Assembly (NCBI RefSeq): GCF_964204865.1
Contig: NC_135258.1
Span: forward strand, 21,204,001 to 21,268,000
Source: Styela clava
Lineage: Eukaryota
Length of the DNA: 64,000 nt
Direction: 5' to 3'
The notes under the pieces are model-generated. The model was not told the DNA's origin and did not search any database. It saw only the letters and a list, made by a program, of their open reading frames with translations. Numbering within the stretch: position 1 is the first letter of the stretch; each line of letters begins with the position of its first letter. The position numbers and the translations under genes are program-made. Positions 1-12,900 of the stretch are shown here, one piece after another.

Positions 1-129
1 AAAGTGTTTGATTGTGTGATACAGTTATTTCATATGAAATGGATGCACTGAATTTAAGTTAATAAAGTGTTTGTAGGACATTTTTTCACCCATTTAACGA
101 TTTATTACCAGAATTTTGAGAGATGATAG

Positions 130-564
130 AGGCCGCAGTTCCGAAGTGGAAAATGTCCTGTAGTGGTCACGTCCTGTAGTGTCACATACAATAAGCACAT
201 TATTGGCATGGATTTACAGTGTTACATTAGGTGAATTGAGCAACACATAGAGGGGTCGTTCATCTACTGCACCAGAAAATATTATGGGCTCCTGCTGTAC
301 CATCGCGAAGATTCACAGCACAACATAATGTACTGTTAATGCATGGTGGATTTACCGTCCTGTAGTGTCACGCTATATTTTACTATATTTTTTATATCCA
401 CTAAGTATGTCTTGGGTTTAACTTTTGTGCACTTTTTTCCATATTCAACAAAGCAACTGTTTGAACAATGAAACAAAACATGTAGCTGAAAATGTAAAAA
501 TATATTGCATCTAACAACATGAAAAATTTCTGGAATTGTCCTGTAGTGTCACTTGGAATAGCCC
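130..564. mobile_element. Degenerate non-autonomous DNA transposon (MITE-like) with repeated subterminal motif GTCCTGTAGTGTCAC
   Basis: Motif occurs at 155 (variant), 171, 357 and 538. Imperfect terminal inverted repeats: ggccgcagttccgaagtg ... cacttggaatagccc. Confidence 0.45.
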
Positions 565-3500
565 ATAACTGGAAGCTAGGGCAATTTCAAAAATCGACAT
601 TATTCTTCAAAATATCGACAATCACGATCTTTATCAGTCGAAAAATATTTATTCATTTTAGTGAGGTTCATTGATTTTTCGAACAGTCCTATATTATGTT
701 TTTTTTTAAGTGTTAAGGCCGTTGCCTTCCTACGGGAGTCTGTAGAAAATAACACAACACTCATTTATAGTGTGCAGCATAGCCGTTTTAATATTGTCTG
801 ATGAGTTTTAACAGCAATTGTGAAGCGCGTATTATATTTTACCAGGTCGCATTATAATCGGTCCCATTTATAAAAAAAAAACGATTCGGGTGCACTTTAT
901 CTTTCAATTTTGATAAAATCCAAGCGCTTGCCTGTAAATCACAATTGCATATCTGAAGCAGCATTAAATCCACAATTTGCTGTATTTAAATTAGCATTTG
1001 CTCATGCTGGTTTTTAATTAAAGTCGAGCAAAAATACAAAGCTTTTGATTTGGTTGTTTACAAACTACGCCATAACATGAACATCTATTTGACAGTATTT
1101 CATTTTATTTTCCATGCGAAAGCGAGTACAATTCTGTATTATTTTGTCTTAAACACGTCAACGTGCAGGATAATGTGGATTAAAAATGAATTTCATCGGA
1201 AAACTTCGTGTAAATATTCCATTAATCTATAAAATACGTTCTTGTGTGGTAAGATTTTCTAAGAAGAAGTATTTGTCAACTTAAGACAAGAGAACGTTGT
1301 GTTCGGTAAAAAGAAGGCAGGAAAACTACAAAATTAACAATTATTCAAGATGTGATAGTTAAGATAACAAAATTGTATCGTTCGATAATTTTAATGGCGC
1401 TATAATGTAAGATTACGAAAGTAACATCCAAGAAACTCTATCAAATTTGTCAATATTCTACCTCAGCGGCTTATGCTTTTAAATAATTGAACGGCCATAT
1501 TTAATTATTATAACGAATTTAGTTTAGTAATTATTTATTCCAATTAGTCTAAACCTATACATTTATCTCGATCGGCGTAAAAGTAAAAAATGACTATTAC
1601 ATTAAATTAAAGATTCCATTGTTTATTTTCGTGACTACTTGTTGCTATTGATTGGCTTCATGACGCAATTCAACATTACTTTGAAAGAAGGGGTCAATTT
1701 CTGACATATTTACGCACGACCAATAATCGTTTTGAGCGACTTAAATCGACCGAAAAACATGTCAAATCGTTGGTAGGAAAAGTGAATGTGTGATGGAAAA
1801 TACCAGGTCGAAAAGGTGACAATTTACCCTAAACGCCACTTAATTTGAATATTCGCTACACGGGACAATCTTTGCGCAATTTCCAATAAAAATTATTTAC
1901 CAGAACCAACTTAATCACATTGACTTAAATATGTTTCAGCAAAAAACACATATCGATGTACAATAAATTAATCTAACACTAAATATAGCAACATAGATTT
2001 CATTTGTGTATTCCACTATTCCAGTTTCTGTATTTAACACTTTGGGCACACCAGAAATGTACCAACATGGCTGCTTGATCAAATTATAGCACTATCAGTT
2101 AACTGGACAAATTTCGTTTTTTTGTTGTTGCTTGAAAGGATATATACGGTTTCGTATACCGCCATCTAAACAGACGCAGTTATTCGATCATTATCGGGAG
2201 ATTTTGGCGTAATAAATAACTTAGTTATGATAAAAACATTAAAGATATAGAAAATAGAATATCTGTGGCGCGATTTATAGCTGTAGGCGCGAAATTGAGA
2301 CAGATAGACTATCTATGTTTTTGAGATATTGCGTGAACCACACTGAACCCGTTAAAATTTAGCGATTTTTTACATGTGTGACGTTATTAAACGGAACTTT
2401 GACTCCGATAAAACATGGACCAGCTTCAAGTAAAGCATTGATTTATAATTTATAGCTGATCCATGCTTGAATGAGTTTAAAGCTAGGTACAAATATTTAG
2501 ATGAAGCGAGCGCATATTTTCGCTGATTGATACGTCCGAATTTGAAAGCTCTCTTGGGTAATATTTTATTGTATATTACTCTTTCCATTATTATACTCGT
2601 TTCACTAAAAACTTGACAGCGGAAAAGCCGTTAATACACAGCGCATTTCAGTTTAAATTCATGGAAGTTTTTTCATCATTTTCTCGTTTATTTTGTATTA
2701 GACTATTAAAATTGTACCGCACTGCACACCCACGGTGCCAAGAAAATTAAAAGCACAAAAGAGGCAATATATTGTCTATGAAGACTCAAAATTAAATTCA
2801 TTCACACGCAATAAATGTCTAAATTTAACGAGCGTTGCAAAAATCTGCCAATAATATTACATTAAATATATAGACGAAGTGGAATAAAGCTACCTCTGTC
2901 ATGGTAAATTTAAGAAATAAAAAACGCCAAACGCGGAGAAGAATATGAATTTAATGTTTCAACTGTGTAGTACAAGGCGATGTTGCATATTTAGTGCGTA
3001 GTTTTGTAGACCGAATATTACGTTAGAAATATTAGTAGAAACTAGGGTTTTGTTTGTTGCCAATTACATAAATTGATAGAATTGATGTAGTAGAGCCGGA
3101 GAGTATTACAGATTACATGTTAGAATAATCTAAGGTAGGTCATACTTTTGAATAAGCAGTTACAAGTACGTGCATCGGTATCGGTTCCTTTAATTCAAGA
3201 AGTAAAATAATTGGATAATAAACGACTGGGGTTTGATGTGGGAAAATATGTATAATTTGACCTCCTTGGTTATATAGCGTGGTAATAAACCCCATTTTAA
3301 TCTATTTTATAACTTAAAATTGCGGTCACGATGCCCCTTTCATTTCTAAACACATAAAACTTACGCTTGACAATAGCCGTGAATCAGGGCGTACACGACG
3401 AATCCAATATTTAATATCGCTATTAAACAGCGGGATACTTATGTTGCAGTCATGACAATGTTTCGGCGGTATAAAGAGGTCGACAAACACGGGCCTTGGC

Positions 3501-5320
3501 AAAATTAAAATTCAATGATTATGTATCCGTGGCGCATGCATGAAAAGCGTATTCCCAGATGCCTAATTTAGCATTCTCTCAAATATCTTTTTTTCTTTTG
3601 AGCTTTTAACCTAATTTACATCTATCGGAATTTGGAAGGACTGCTGCGTAAATAATAACAATAATAAAAATTAATAAATACAAACGAACAAAAAAGAAAA
3701 AACAAAAGACTAAAAGGATGCCAGCAGCGAAAAAGTTTTAGAGATCCTTTTGTTCTGACTTTATTGTTATTTTACGCACAATGTTGTATCGGCTAGTCTT
3801 ATCAGTATTGAGTTTTCTCTATCGTATTGTGCATTACTCTGCTCGAAGATATTTCCAATTATGTAAGCGTTCGTTCATTATCGGACTTTAGCGCTAGTTT
3901 CGTCTATTCCGATAACGAGATGTATAATATCAATAGCGCCATGAAGAGTAACATAGCTTTACTTTTACGACATCCCTTAACTTTAGAATGAAATAGAAAG
4001 CTAGGGAAATTGCCAGAACCTATGTTTTCTATTTTCGCATAAGCTAACAGACATAAAATAGACAAATATGAAGTTGGAAGTACAATGATTTATTGCGATA
4101 TTGTCAGTTTGTCTTGAGGGTTAGCGCAGTAAAATAACGAGACAATGTTAAGGGAAAGATGTTCCGACTTTGAGTTTTTATGTTTGCTAAGTACACTGTT
4201 TGCTAGTTATACATGAATATAATGCTGATTCCTATCAGGTGCGCGGTGAAGATTGGATGTATATATTACCAGTTCAAGGATAAGTAGTAATGCAGCAATA
4301 GTTTCTCAAGTCTATATGACAATGTTTGGGCAATGGTCAAAATATTCGATATTCTAATCCTATTGATCTCGAGTACCGGTACAAGATATTTAGTTGTCAA
4401 CGAAGTTCATAATAGCAGAAATTTTAATTTCGATGCGTGCATTTCAAACTAATTTTCGGCAATGTAACATTCGTGGGTTCGATAGTCTTCTGATACCGGT
4501 ACTTCACCAAATCATGTTAATTCCATTGCAACCATTGCTTATCCTTCACAACACCAGCGCCATTTAATTAAATCGCTGGCGTCTATTTTCAAGATAGTAG
4601 CAATAATCTTCGATTGTGCCTCGTTTAAAGTCATGTAGCACACTAAATAGTTTATAATAATCAAACTATACAAGCCATATCGTTACTACTTATTTGAGGA
4701 TTTGAGGCAGTCTGACGTTAAGCATAAATCGGATGTAGGAAATCAGGTGGATTTAAAGTCGCAACAGATTTGATTGATACTGAGAAAAGTAGAGCACAAA
4801 GCTTCCGTCCCAAACGTATGTTATACTTTAAACGTTGCAATAAATGCTATATTATGGAAAACATATAGCAAGTCCCAGTTGTTTCGTCATTAACAGGTAG
4901 AACGAATATGGAAAAGTTTGAACTTTACGCAAGTCGAGAGGTTATAGCAAACATAGACTAGAATCTCATTCCACACCACTGAAGGGTTGCGAGGTTTCGT
5001 CATAAAGCTAGCATACGTCATAAAGTTAGCATAATTGTCTTCGACAATTTGAGTGACCGCCACAACGATGTAAATCTAATGCAACGCAAGTCAAGTCTAA
5101 TGTCAAGCATTATTTTGATGTTTGTGTTTAATGTATTGCCGTGCCAGATAAATTGACTTCATATTGTGTATTTATTACATGTGTTCATATAGGATTATTT
5201 GTGTTATTCCAGAATGGAACTAGCCTAAAATCCATATAAAGACTATACGCATTGTCGAAATATAAATAGATCATACATCAATATTTTCCAACAAATAGAA
5301 GACGTCAAGACATCACGACA

Positions 5321-8300
5321 ATGGCAGAGGTGTGCACAAAACTGAGCAAGGACGAAAGACTCGACGTGTCCATAATTAAAACAAGCCCATTGAACTTGTC
5401 AATGTTGAGCAAAAAACGTGCAATCGAAAGCCTGATGAATAGCGAAACCATACAAGATGGCGTTATTAAACGGCCACGTAGAGAGAATGACATCACTGAT
5501 GACGAGGAAAAGCAGGAAAATGAACAACAATCGGACGAGGTAGAAGAAAATGAAGATGACGAAAAATCTAAAACTAGCATTCTGAAGCATTTTTATTCTT
5601 TCATACGACGAAAAGCAGACCAGAATGGAATCGACGGTCGACCGAACACCGAGGCGCTCAATCAAGGCGATGAAGACCAAAAATTTCCGACCGAAGCATA
5701 CAAACCTCAACCAGAAACATTCGAAAGATTACGCTCTCTATATAATTTACAAGCCACAATAAACAACGGTAACGTATCTCCCACACTACTTGATAAAAAC
5801 ATGTACGCGTTGGAATACAACGCCGCAATGAGCCGACAATTAGCAGCAAGAGCAAACACTAACAATCTTATGGACGTCTGGAGTGCAATGGCAGCAAACG
5901 CAATAGCTAGAGCAAAGAATAATGAAGTATCCGACATTCAACGGAGATCACCGACTTTTGCAACAGCGACAGGACTGAATGGAAATGCTCAGAATGGGAA
6001 TGAATATGAGACGAAATTAAGTACCTCTAATATATATGCAACTTCACCGGCGTCCACCAATGCAATTCCAGAAAGAACAATGCGACAAAACAACTGGGCT
6101 GTGAAGGTGGGTAACGTACCCTGTTGATTTTGCGAAACAACCATTCACGTGCGAAATGCATAACAAATCTTCTTCTTCTTATAGGTTTGGAGAGATTGGG
6201 CGATTGAACGAAATTCCAATGCGAACTTGACCGGAAAGACTGGACCACTTCAGATAGTTCCGATGGATATCAAAGATGCCACTGTTGATGTGATGAGTTA
6301 CTGGCTCCCAAAGTTTATCACCGAGGTAAATGAAAGTATTTGGACAGTGCTTAAACTTTCAAGCCTTATCCTAATGCGCTGTGTTGTTAGGCTTACGGCA
6401 CATCGAACATTCAATTAATCGCTTATGAAGTTCTTGTAAAATTCAGCTCGGGCTTTGAGCTAGTTGAAGTGAAAATTCCTAAAAGTAGATAACTCAGCCT
6501 TGCAAATTCATTTTGTAAGCGTATATATTATATATATGGAAGTTCAGTGAAACACCCAAAATTTGTGTGTTATATATCAATTTACTTCCAACTTGGCCAT
6601 ATTGACCTAGGAAAACTCGCAGAAATATTAAATATATATTTTGTTTAAAGGTTAGACGTCGAGATAAAAGAGCGTACCCACCGGACACCTTGATGCAAAT
6701 TGCATCTGGCCTTCAACGTCATCTGAGGCACGTTTCTGGAAGATCTGATATAACATTTTTTGATAAATATTCACCAACGTTTGCTGAATTCCGAGAAGCC
6801 CTAAAGGCGCGGTCGGACGCAATAAATTCTCAAATATCGACCATAAGGCGTAGTGGTAAGTTTAAGCCTTGTATATATGAGCAATAAAGTCCGTGGTGTT
6901 CACGTAATCAGAACTAAAGGTCTGATAATGGAAAAAGCAAAAATGACAGCCTATCAAAATATGACAAGCTATATGACACAATTTCGCTGCAGGAAATTAA
7001 TAAGGAAACCACTGATAAAACTAGTTCCGATATAATATTATATGTTTTCCGGTGTTCTGCGTCTTACAAACTGATACCGCATCTGAATTAGTTGCTTTGT
7101 AAAAGTATTATAAACTTAGCTTCCGGTTCGTTCATTTACCGACAGCAACAACTTCGCCGTAGCGGATATTTTAATTTTGACATGAATACTTCTCGCTCTT
7201 AAAATACTATCAATTGATCGAGTTGCTTGGCAACCCTATACCTCAAGCTCAAAAGTATATATATATATATATATATATATACGGCAATCAAAGTCGTTGC
7301 TGCTACCACAACATTTCTATAAATAAAAACGTTCTTGATTATTTTAGGAATCGATCAAGAATCTTCACCAGAGAATAACGACCTTGGAAGCGAGTCGTGG
7401 CCAAGCTCATTGTTTAATCTAAATTCTGCGAAAGGACTGTTTCGTGCAATATTTTACCACACCTGTTTGAGTTTTCATGTAAGTAATAAACAGGATTATA
7501 CCATAAATTGACAACACAATAGATATACTAGATTTACAAATGAGAAGCCATATTATCTTGGTTGGGACTGAATAAATGAGGGAGCACGGAAACGAAAATA
7601 CAAAAGCTGTTAAGAAGTATTTCAGACTTTCACCACGGAGAACAGGACTCGGGACAAAATTGGCAAGGATGGGGCTACCACATTCTGGAATAAACAGGAC
7701 TTTTCCGGTTCAGGATAGCCAATTCACATGTTGCACTCAATTTCAAATTGTATTAAAATAGCAACTATATCACATTTGTAGCCAGCCAGTGGAAAGAAAT
7801 TCTTCCGATCGATCATCCGCTATTTATAATGCATTTTTGTCATATTTAGGAAGTTTCTCATATAATTTTGACAAACCATGGCACTGGCTTCCTTCTCAAT
7901 AAATCTGGCAATGGAGTCTCCTAAAACGTTTCTTTTAAAATAAACTTTATTTTTCAATTTCAGATCACAAGCATGGAGGAACATCATTCACTTCTTGTGT
8001 CACAATTTCGAATTGGTTTTGATGAAATTACAAAGCAAGAGTATCTCGAATTTACAAGGGAGAACGGGTAAATTCAGTTGATTTCTGTCGATATTCTGAA
8101 TGTTCGGAAACAACGATAAGCAAGAATTTCATGCCTATCATTTCACAAACTAATCACAATCAAAACATACATTTACGACACTTTTACGCACATTAATTCC
8201 AGTATGTAATATTGCATTTATCCGATTTTCTAAAAATGTCTTAAATAATTTTACACAAAGCAATATTCAAGATGGGTTTGAATTTGATCAAAGTGAAAAC

Positions 8301-9899
8301 TGTCTCTAAGTCGAGATGTGAGTACCATATAAGATGCCAGCTATATAAACTTACAATTAACGATATTAAATTCTTATATTACAGGCAAATTACACGCAAA
8401 ATGTCAGCACTATTCGACGAAAGATGCATTGTCAAAGTTTTCAAGAAATATTTTCAGCATATACCATCCAACGGCTTGCTATACAAACGACCATTGCAAT
8501 CATGTAAGCTACATTAGAAAACATATGTGAATATCAAAACAATGAAAGGGGGGGGGGGGGGGGGGTTGGGGGTAATTTGCCACAAAATGCAGTTTGTTGA
8601 GTATTCAGCTAATAGCCTCGACAGCACAGATACAAAGGAGACACCACGCAGTTCGAAATCCCAATTTTACAGGCTGTGAGACAAATTATTATTATAAGAA
8701 GTTGGATTCCTCCCAATGTTACTAATTACTAAATCAAAGAAAAGCGACAATCTGCTATTATTAAAACAAGCATTCCGCTCATGTATGAAAATGAGGGATG
8801 TTCATCGTACCAGTAAATTCAAAAATAAAATGCCAAAAAATTCAGTATGGATTTCTTAGCTTCACATACCTACTAATATAAATCACAGGAGGACCTCTAC
8901 TGCCCCTAGTGTCAATACAGCAAAGCGGATGGTGCACATCACGCAAACGTGACACGCATTTGTTCAATTATGCATTTTTTTTTATAGCTGACAGCTCCGA
9001 ACTACGCTTCAGTTTCAACCCAGTTGGCATAAACAAACTTCGGGAAACATTCAAGATGTTATTTGGAGGCAGAAGATCAGGTGCACATCTACCTAGTATG
9101 GAAGAAGACGACGACAGAGAAGGTATTGGCATTTATTTGTTTACTTGGTATACCGTAATTTGCCTCTGATTCGACATCGTGGTATACATATGTCCTCAGT
9201 GCGCGGTGAATCAGTTTGGAAATTGCAATAATTTTAAATCTTACAGCAACGTTAAAATGCAAATATGGTATGATATACATTATTAACCAAATTTCGCTTT
9301 CGCTGCGAACAAGGCCCTGAATTCGGCATCTTTCCCATTAGGCATACACGATTTCTTATACCATTTATGTCGACGCCAAACTGATCTAGTCAAACGAATA
9401 TGACATATGACACTTTCTTATTATGAACGGCAGATGATTCAAGCAAAACCAACACTAAATACATATTATCTCGTGTTGAACAGGTATGCAACATAGTTTG
9501 CGATTATACTCTGGCGAAGACGATCCTAGATCAATATTGAAGTTTGAACACAGCCCAAACAGCAATGCTAGCAGCGGACAAGGATCGTGTTTGGAAATGG
9601 CACGACAATACAGCAATGACAATCGGCGACCATCAGACGGCAGCGCCCAGGAACAATTGTCTCCAACAAGAAGCGTTATCAATTACGCCACTGACAACAA
9701 AATATTGCCAATCCCATCGCCAAGCTTAAGCACAACTCTGCAGCAGCGACCCAAAATGATGGAAGAAAACAGCAATAATAATGCTTCAACAATTGATGAA
9801 GACGACAGTCTGACATTGAAGCTACCTGCGCACATCCAAAGCGTCATTATTTTCCAAGGAAATAAAAAATTCAAGGTGGACTTGACTGCTATAAACTGA
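5321..9899 (+). CDS. Crypton-derived DUF3504-domain protein (ZMYM2/3/4-, QRICH1-, KIAA1958-like domesticated tyrosine-recombinase fold), ~678 aa, 8 coding exons
   Basis: Exons 5321-6106, 6185-6325, 6651-6855, 7348-7478, 7964-8067, 8385-8503, 8988-9122, 9484-9899 (all GT-AG, 2037 nt, open frame). Motifs NWAVKVWRDW, YWLPKFITEVRRRDKRAYPPDTLMQIASGLQRHLR, SAKGLFRAIFY, EEHHSLLVSQF, RCIVKVFKKYF..LYKRPL, PVGINKL and HSLR match the DUF3504/Crypton consensus as I recall it. Low-complexity N-terminus with PLNLS and KRPRR. Confidence 0.85.
7256..7281. repeat. (TA)n microsatellite
   Basis: tatatata run in intron 3 of the DUF3504 gene. Confidence 0.9.
8548..8572 (+). repeat. Poly-G tract
   Basis: Run of ~18 G followed by ttggggg, in intron 6 of the DUF3504 gene. 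Confidence 0.85.
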
Positions 9900-10689
9900 A
9901 AATTTTATTCAAAGAGAATAATTAAATCTTTGAACACAAACACAAAGCACTCGGTAACTTACGGCCGAAACATTGAAATGCATAAAAACAGGAAAATATT
10001 TTGACAACCTTTGTCGATAGCAAGAGTTCAAAAATCATCCAGAACATATCAGTTTCTAAACAAAAGTTTGGAGAGGCACAACATTTGACACCTTTCCCAA
10101 ATTCGTTTGCAATATTGTTCATTTTTAATTATTTTTATTTGATAGACAATAAAACCAAAGCTATATTGACTATTGTATGCTGTGCAGTGATTTATGTAAT
10201 GTATGGATATTTTACCCACCTCGTTCAAGATTTTTAGATTTATTTATACATTTCAGTTACTTTTTTATATAGAATGGACATTATTTAGTTCATATTTTAC
10301 TGAATCTTAATAATCGTATTATGTGAAAGTAACTATACATTCGGAATATATGTTTCTTCTCTAATCTTTGCCATTGGTATTGTGTGTAACTTCAATTTAT
10401 TTGTTAAATGTCTATGTATTGGTACTTTAATAAATTGTGCTGAGACATGTTTGAAGAAATTTACAAGAATATGTAAGAAATAAATTGCTGATCACAAATG
10501 CTCAATATTCAACAAATAGATGCCAACAAATCGGAAACAGCAAAAAATTTTGTTATGACGTACAACAAGTATACGCTTATGATTTTGGTGCTCATGAGGG
10601 TAAAGTATATGATATGTGATTAGAAATTTCTTATTTTAACATATCAAACTAGTTCAAATATCAAGTCCATGCTTCCGAGAACGAATAAC

Positions 10690-10811
10690 TGGCTAACTAA
10701 TCCCATACCTGACATGAACTGGTAACCGGACGAGAGGCCGTGGTTCGCCATATTGATAAAGCGTCTTATCGCTTTTCCTCTCCCCCAGGATAAATATGTA
10801 AATCCTATCCT
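10690..10811 (+). repeat. Dispersed SINE-like repeat fragment
   Basis: Core gtggttcgcc...ttcctctcccccaggataaatatgtaa recurs at ~44149-44187 (+) and degenerately at ~32161-32195 (-). Ends in an atcct-type tail. Confidence 0.5.
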
Positions 10812-12900
10812 TTGCCGGAAAATCATTTTGCAATTAAATCCGCTATAACATATCTCATCGTTGTTTATAGTATATTTCACGAAAAACTAAAATTTACCTT
10901 ATATTTATCATGCGGATAAATTATATAGCGTTATATGACAATATTTAAAGCACATAAACAAATCTTAATTTTGTCAACCAATAGTATACACACCCTGCAG
11001 CGCATGGCTGAAACAATGAAAGGTATATAACATGTGAGCATGTGAGTCCCGAACCTAAATAACATTCGATTTAATAGTGCCCAAGCAATGCCAAAAACAT
11101 TACAAAATGCTAACTTCTCTGACTTTTAAATATCAATATAAGTATACACGTTTTGTCACAGTATGATAAAATATTCGTATATTAAATCATATTCATACAC
11201 GTTTTGCTACCACAACGGATACCATTTCGTGGATGGTTAAGACCAAAATGTCTTGAATACCCAAGAATTGAATACATTTTTTCCATGTCCACTATGAGGC
11301 CAACTTCACATATTGTAAACTTCAGCGCAGACGAAACAGAAGTAATTGAGAAATATGAAGTTTTTAACTATGCAAAATTTTAACACCTAAATAAATTTCT
11401 TGTTGAATATTAAGACTTGGCTAATAAGCTGACAACTTCATGGTTTGGAATCCTCTCCCATTCAAGTTTCAAAATGCAAGTAGTCAGACAATTGGTAATT
11501 CATATCACACATCCCATGTTTTCGTTCTGTATATTAGTCATGTCAGTACCACTACTTGTGGAAACAACAAACTTCGCGATGACTATGTGATATGTAAGAT
11601 GCTAAGTAATTCCTATGACAGATGCTAAGTACGGTCGGTAATTCCTATGAGAAATCTAAGGAAAATGAATATTGTAGGGTGAGATAATATAGAGTAGAAC
11701 TTTTTTTTTTACAAATAAACCATGCAAACTATAGAGAGAAATCACGCACATTTTGCAATAGTAGTGTGAGATGCGTGTTAACACTTCAGTAGTTTTAAAG
11801 TTGTACTTAATTAAGAAACTCATTGAAACAGAAGGCAGATAAGAGACCCAGCTTCACAGTGAACAGATTTGATTACAACATGCAGTTTGGAAATTCATCA
11901 TACAAAAAATAGGGATTGTACTGAGACCTATTATTCAGTCTGGCCAAGGTTTAGCAGATGGATGTGCGTAGATTATTACTTCCTGGAATTGTTACAACAC
12001 GTGAAAGACGCTTACGCATATGTAGTGATCGCGAAATACGAGATGAATAGTTTCAGAAGATACTTTCTATGATTTAATAAATCTTCACTAAATACATAAT
12101 TTAATGTTGAAGGGAATAATTAGCTCAAGTCGAATTTCAGTTTAGTATTTAGTATATTTTGTGAAATGTATATAAAATTTTGCCACACTTATATTCGCAA
12201 TCAGCATTTAGTGGACTTAGAGCAGGAGTTACTTTCTTAAGTAGGCCAAAAAAATAGACTAGGTTATTTGGCCAGAGGATTTAAATCTCAATATAACACT
12301 ATGAATAAAAAACAGTTTACTTATAAATAAATAGCGTCAATAACATTCGTCTGCTGCTCGTTTCACTGATGTAGGGCAATAATTGATGTACGGGACAAGA
12401 GGGAAAAAACTCTTGAAGCATTCACAGCTACACGAAAAAGGTTTTTGGGAGTAGATCTCTGAAAAAACGTCATTTGTAGGCTTAACACAAGTAGAGACGC
12501 TATTCTGGGCAGAGACGCTAGAGTTTTTACAATCACATAAATAATTTGGATGGATGACTTTGAGGTATATGAGGCTCGTTTTGCAAAATATATTCGGTTG
12601 TGAATAATATGTGGGCAGTTCAGTTACAGTATTTATTTTAGCCAATGATTTCTTATTCCCATCAATATTTGCAACGAAAATTTATATCCATAAAAACTAT
12701 GGACATAATTTTAGCAGGCACGAGTGGGCCAGTTTGAACACAGCGGTGAGCCGGATCCGGCCCAGGGCCATAATTCACCGATCCCTGAGCCAGAGAGACT
12801 GACTGATTTGAATTATTTCTAAGCAGTCATCATTAGCACCACCCATGCTCATGGGGTATTATTTATTGTACATAATGCAATCATAATTTGGATATAGAAA

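Noticed and set aside
155-552. Four copies of GTCCTGTAGTGTCAC resembling a CRISPR array
   Set aside because: Eukaryotic DNA, a 15-bp unit, irregular spacing (0 to ~170 bp) and no cas genes; fits transposon subterminal repeats.
5321-9899. Active Crypton transposon/recombinase
   Set aside because: The first catalytic Arg is replaced (FHITS), the second His is not evident, there is a long host-like N-terminus, and no element boundaries are visible.
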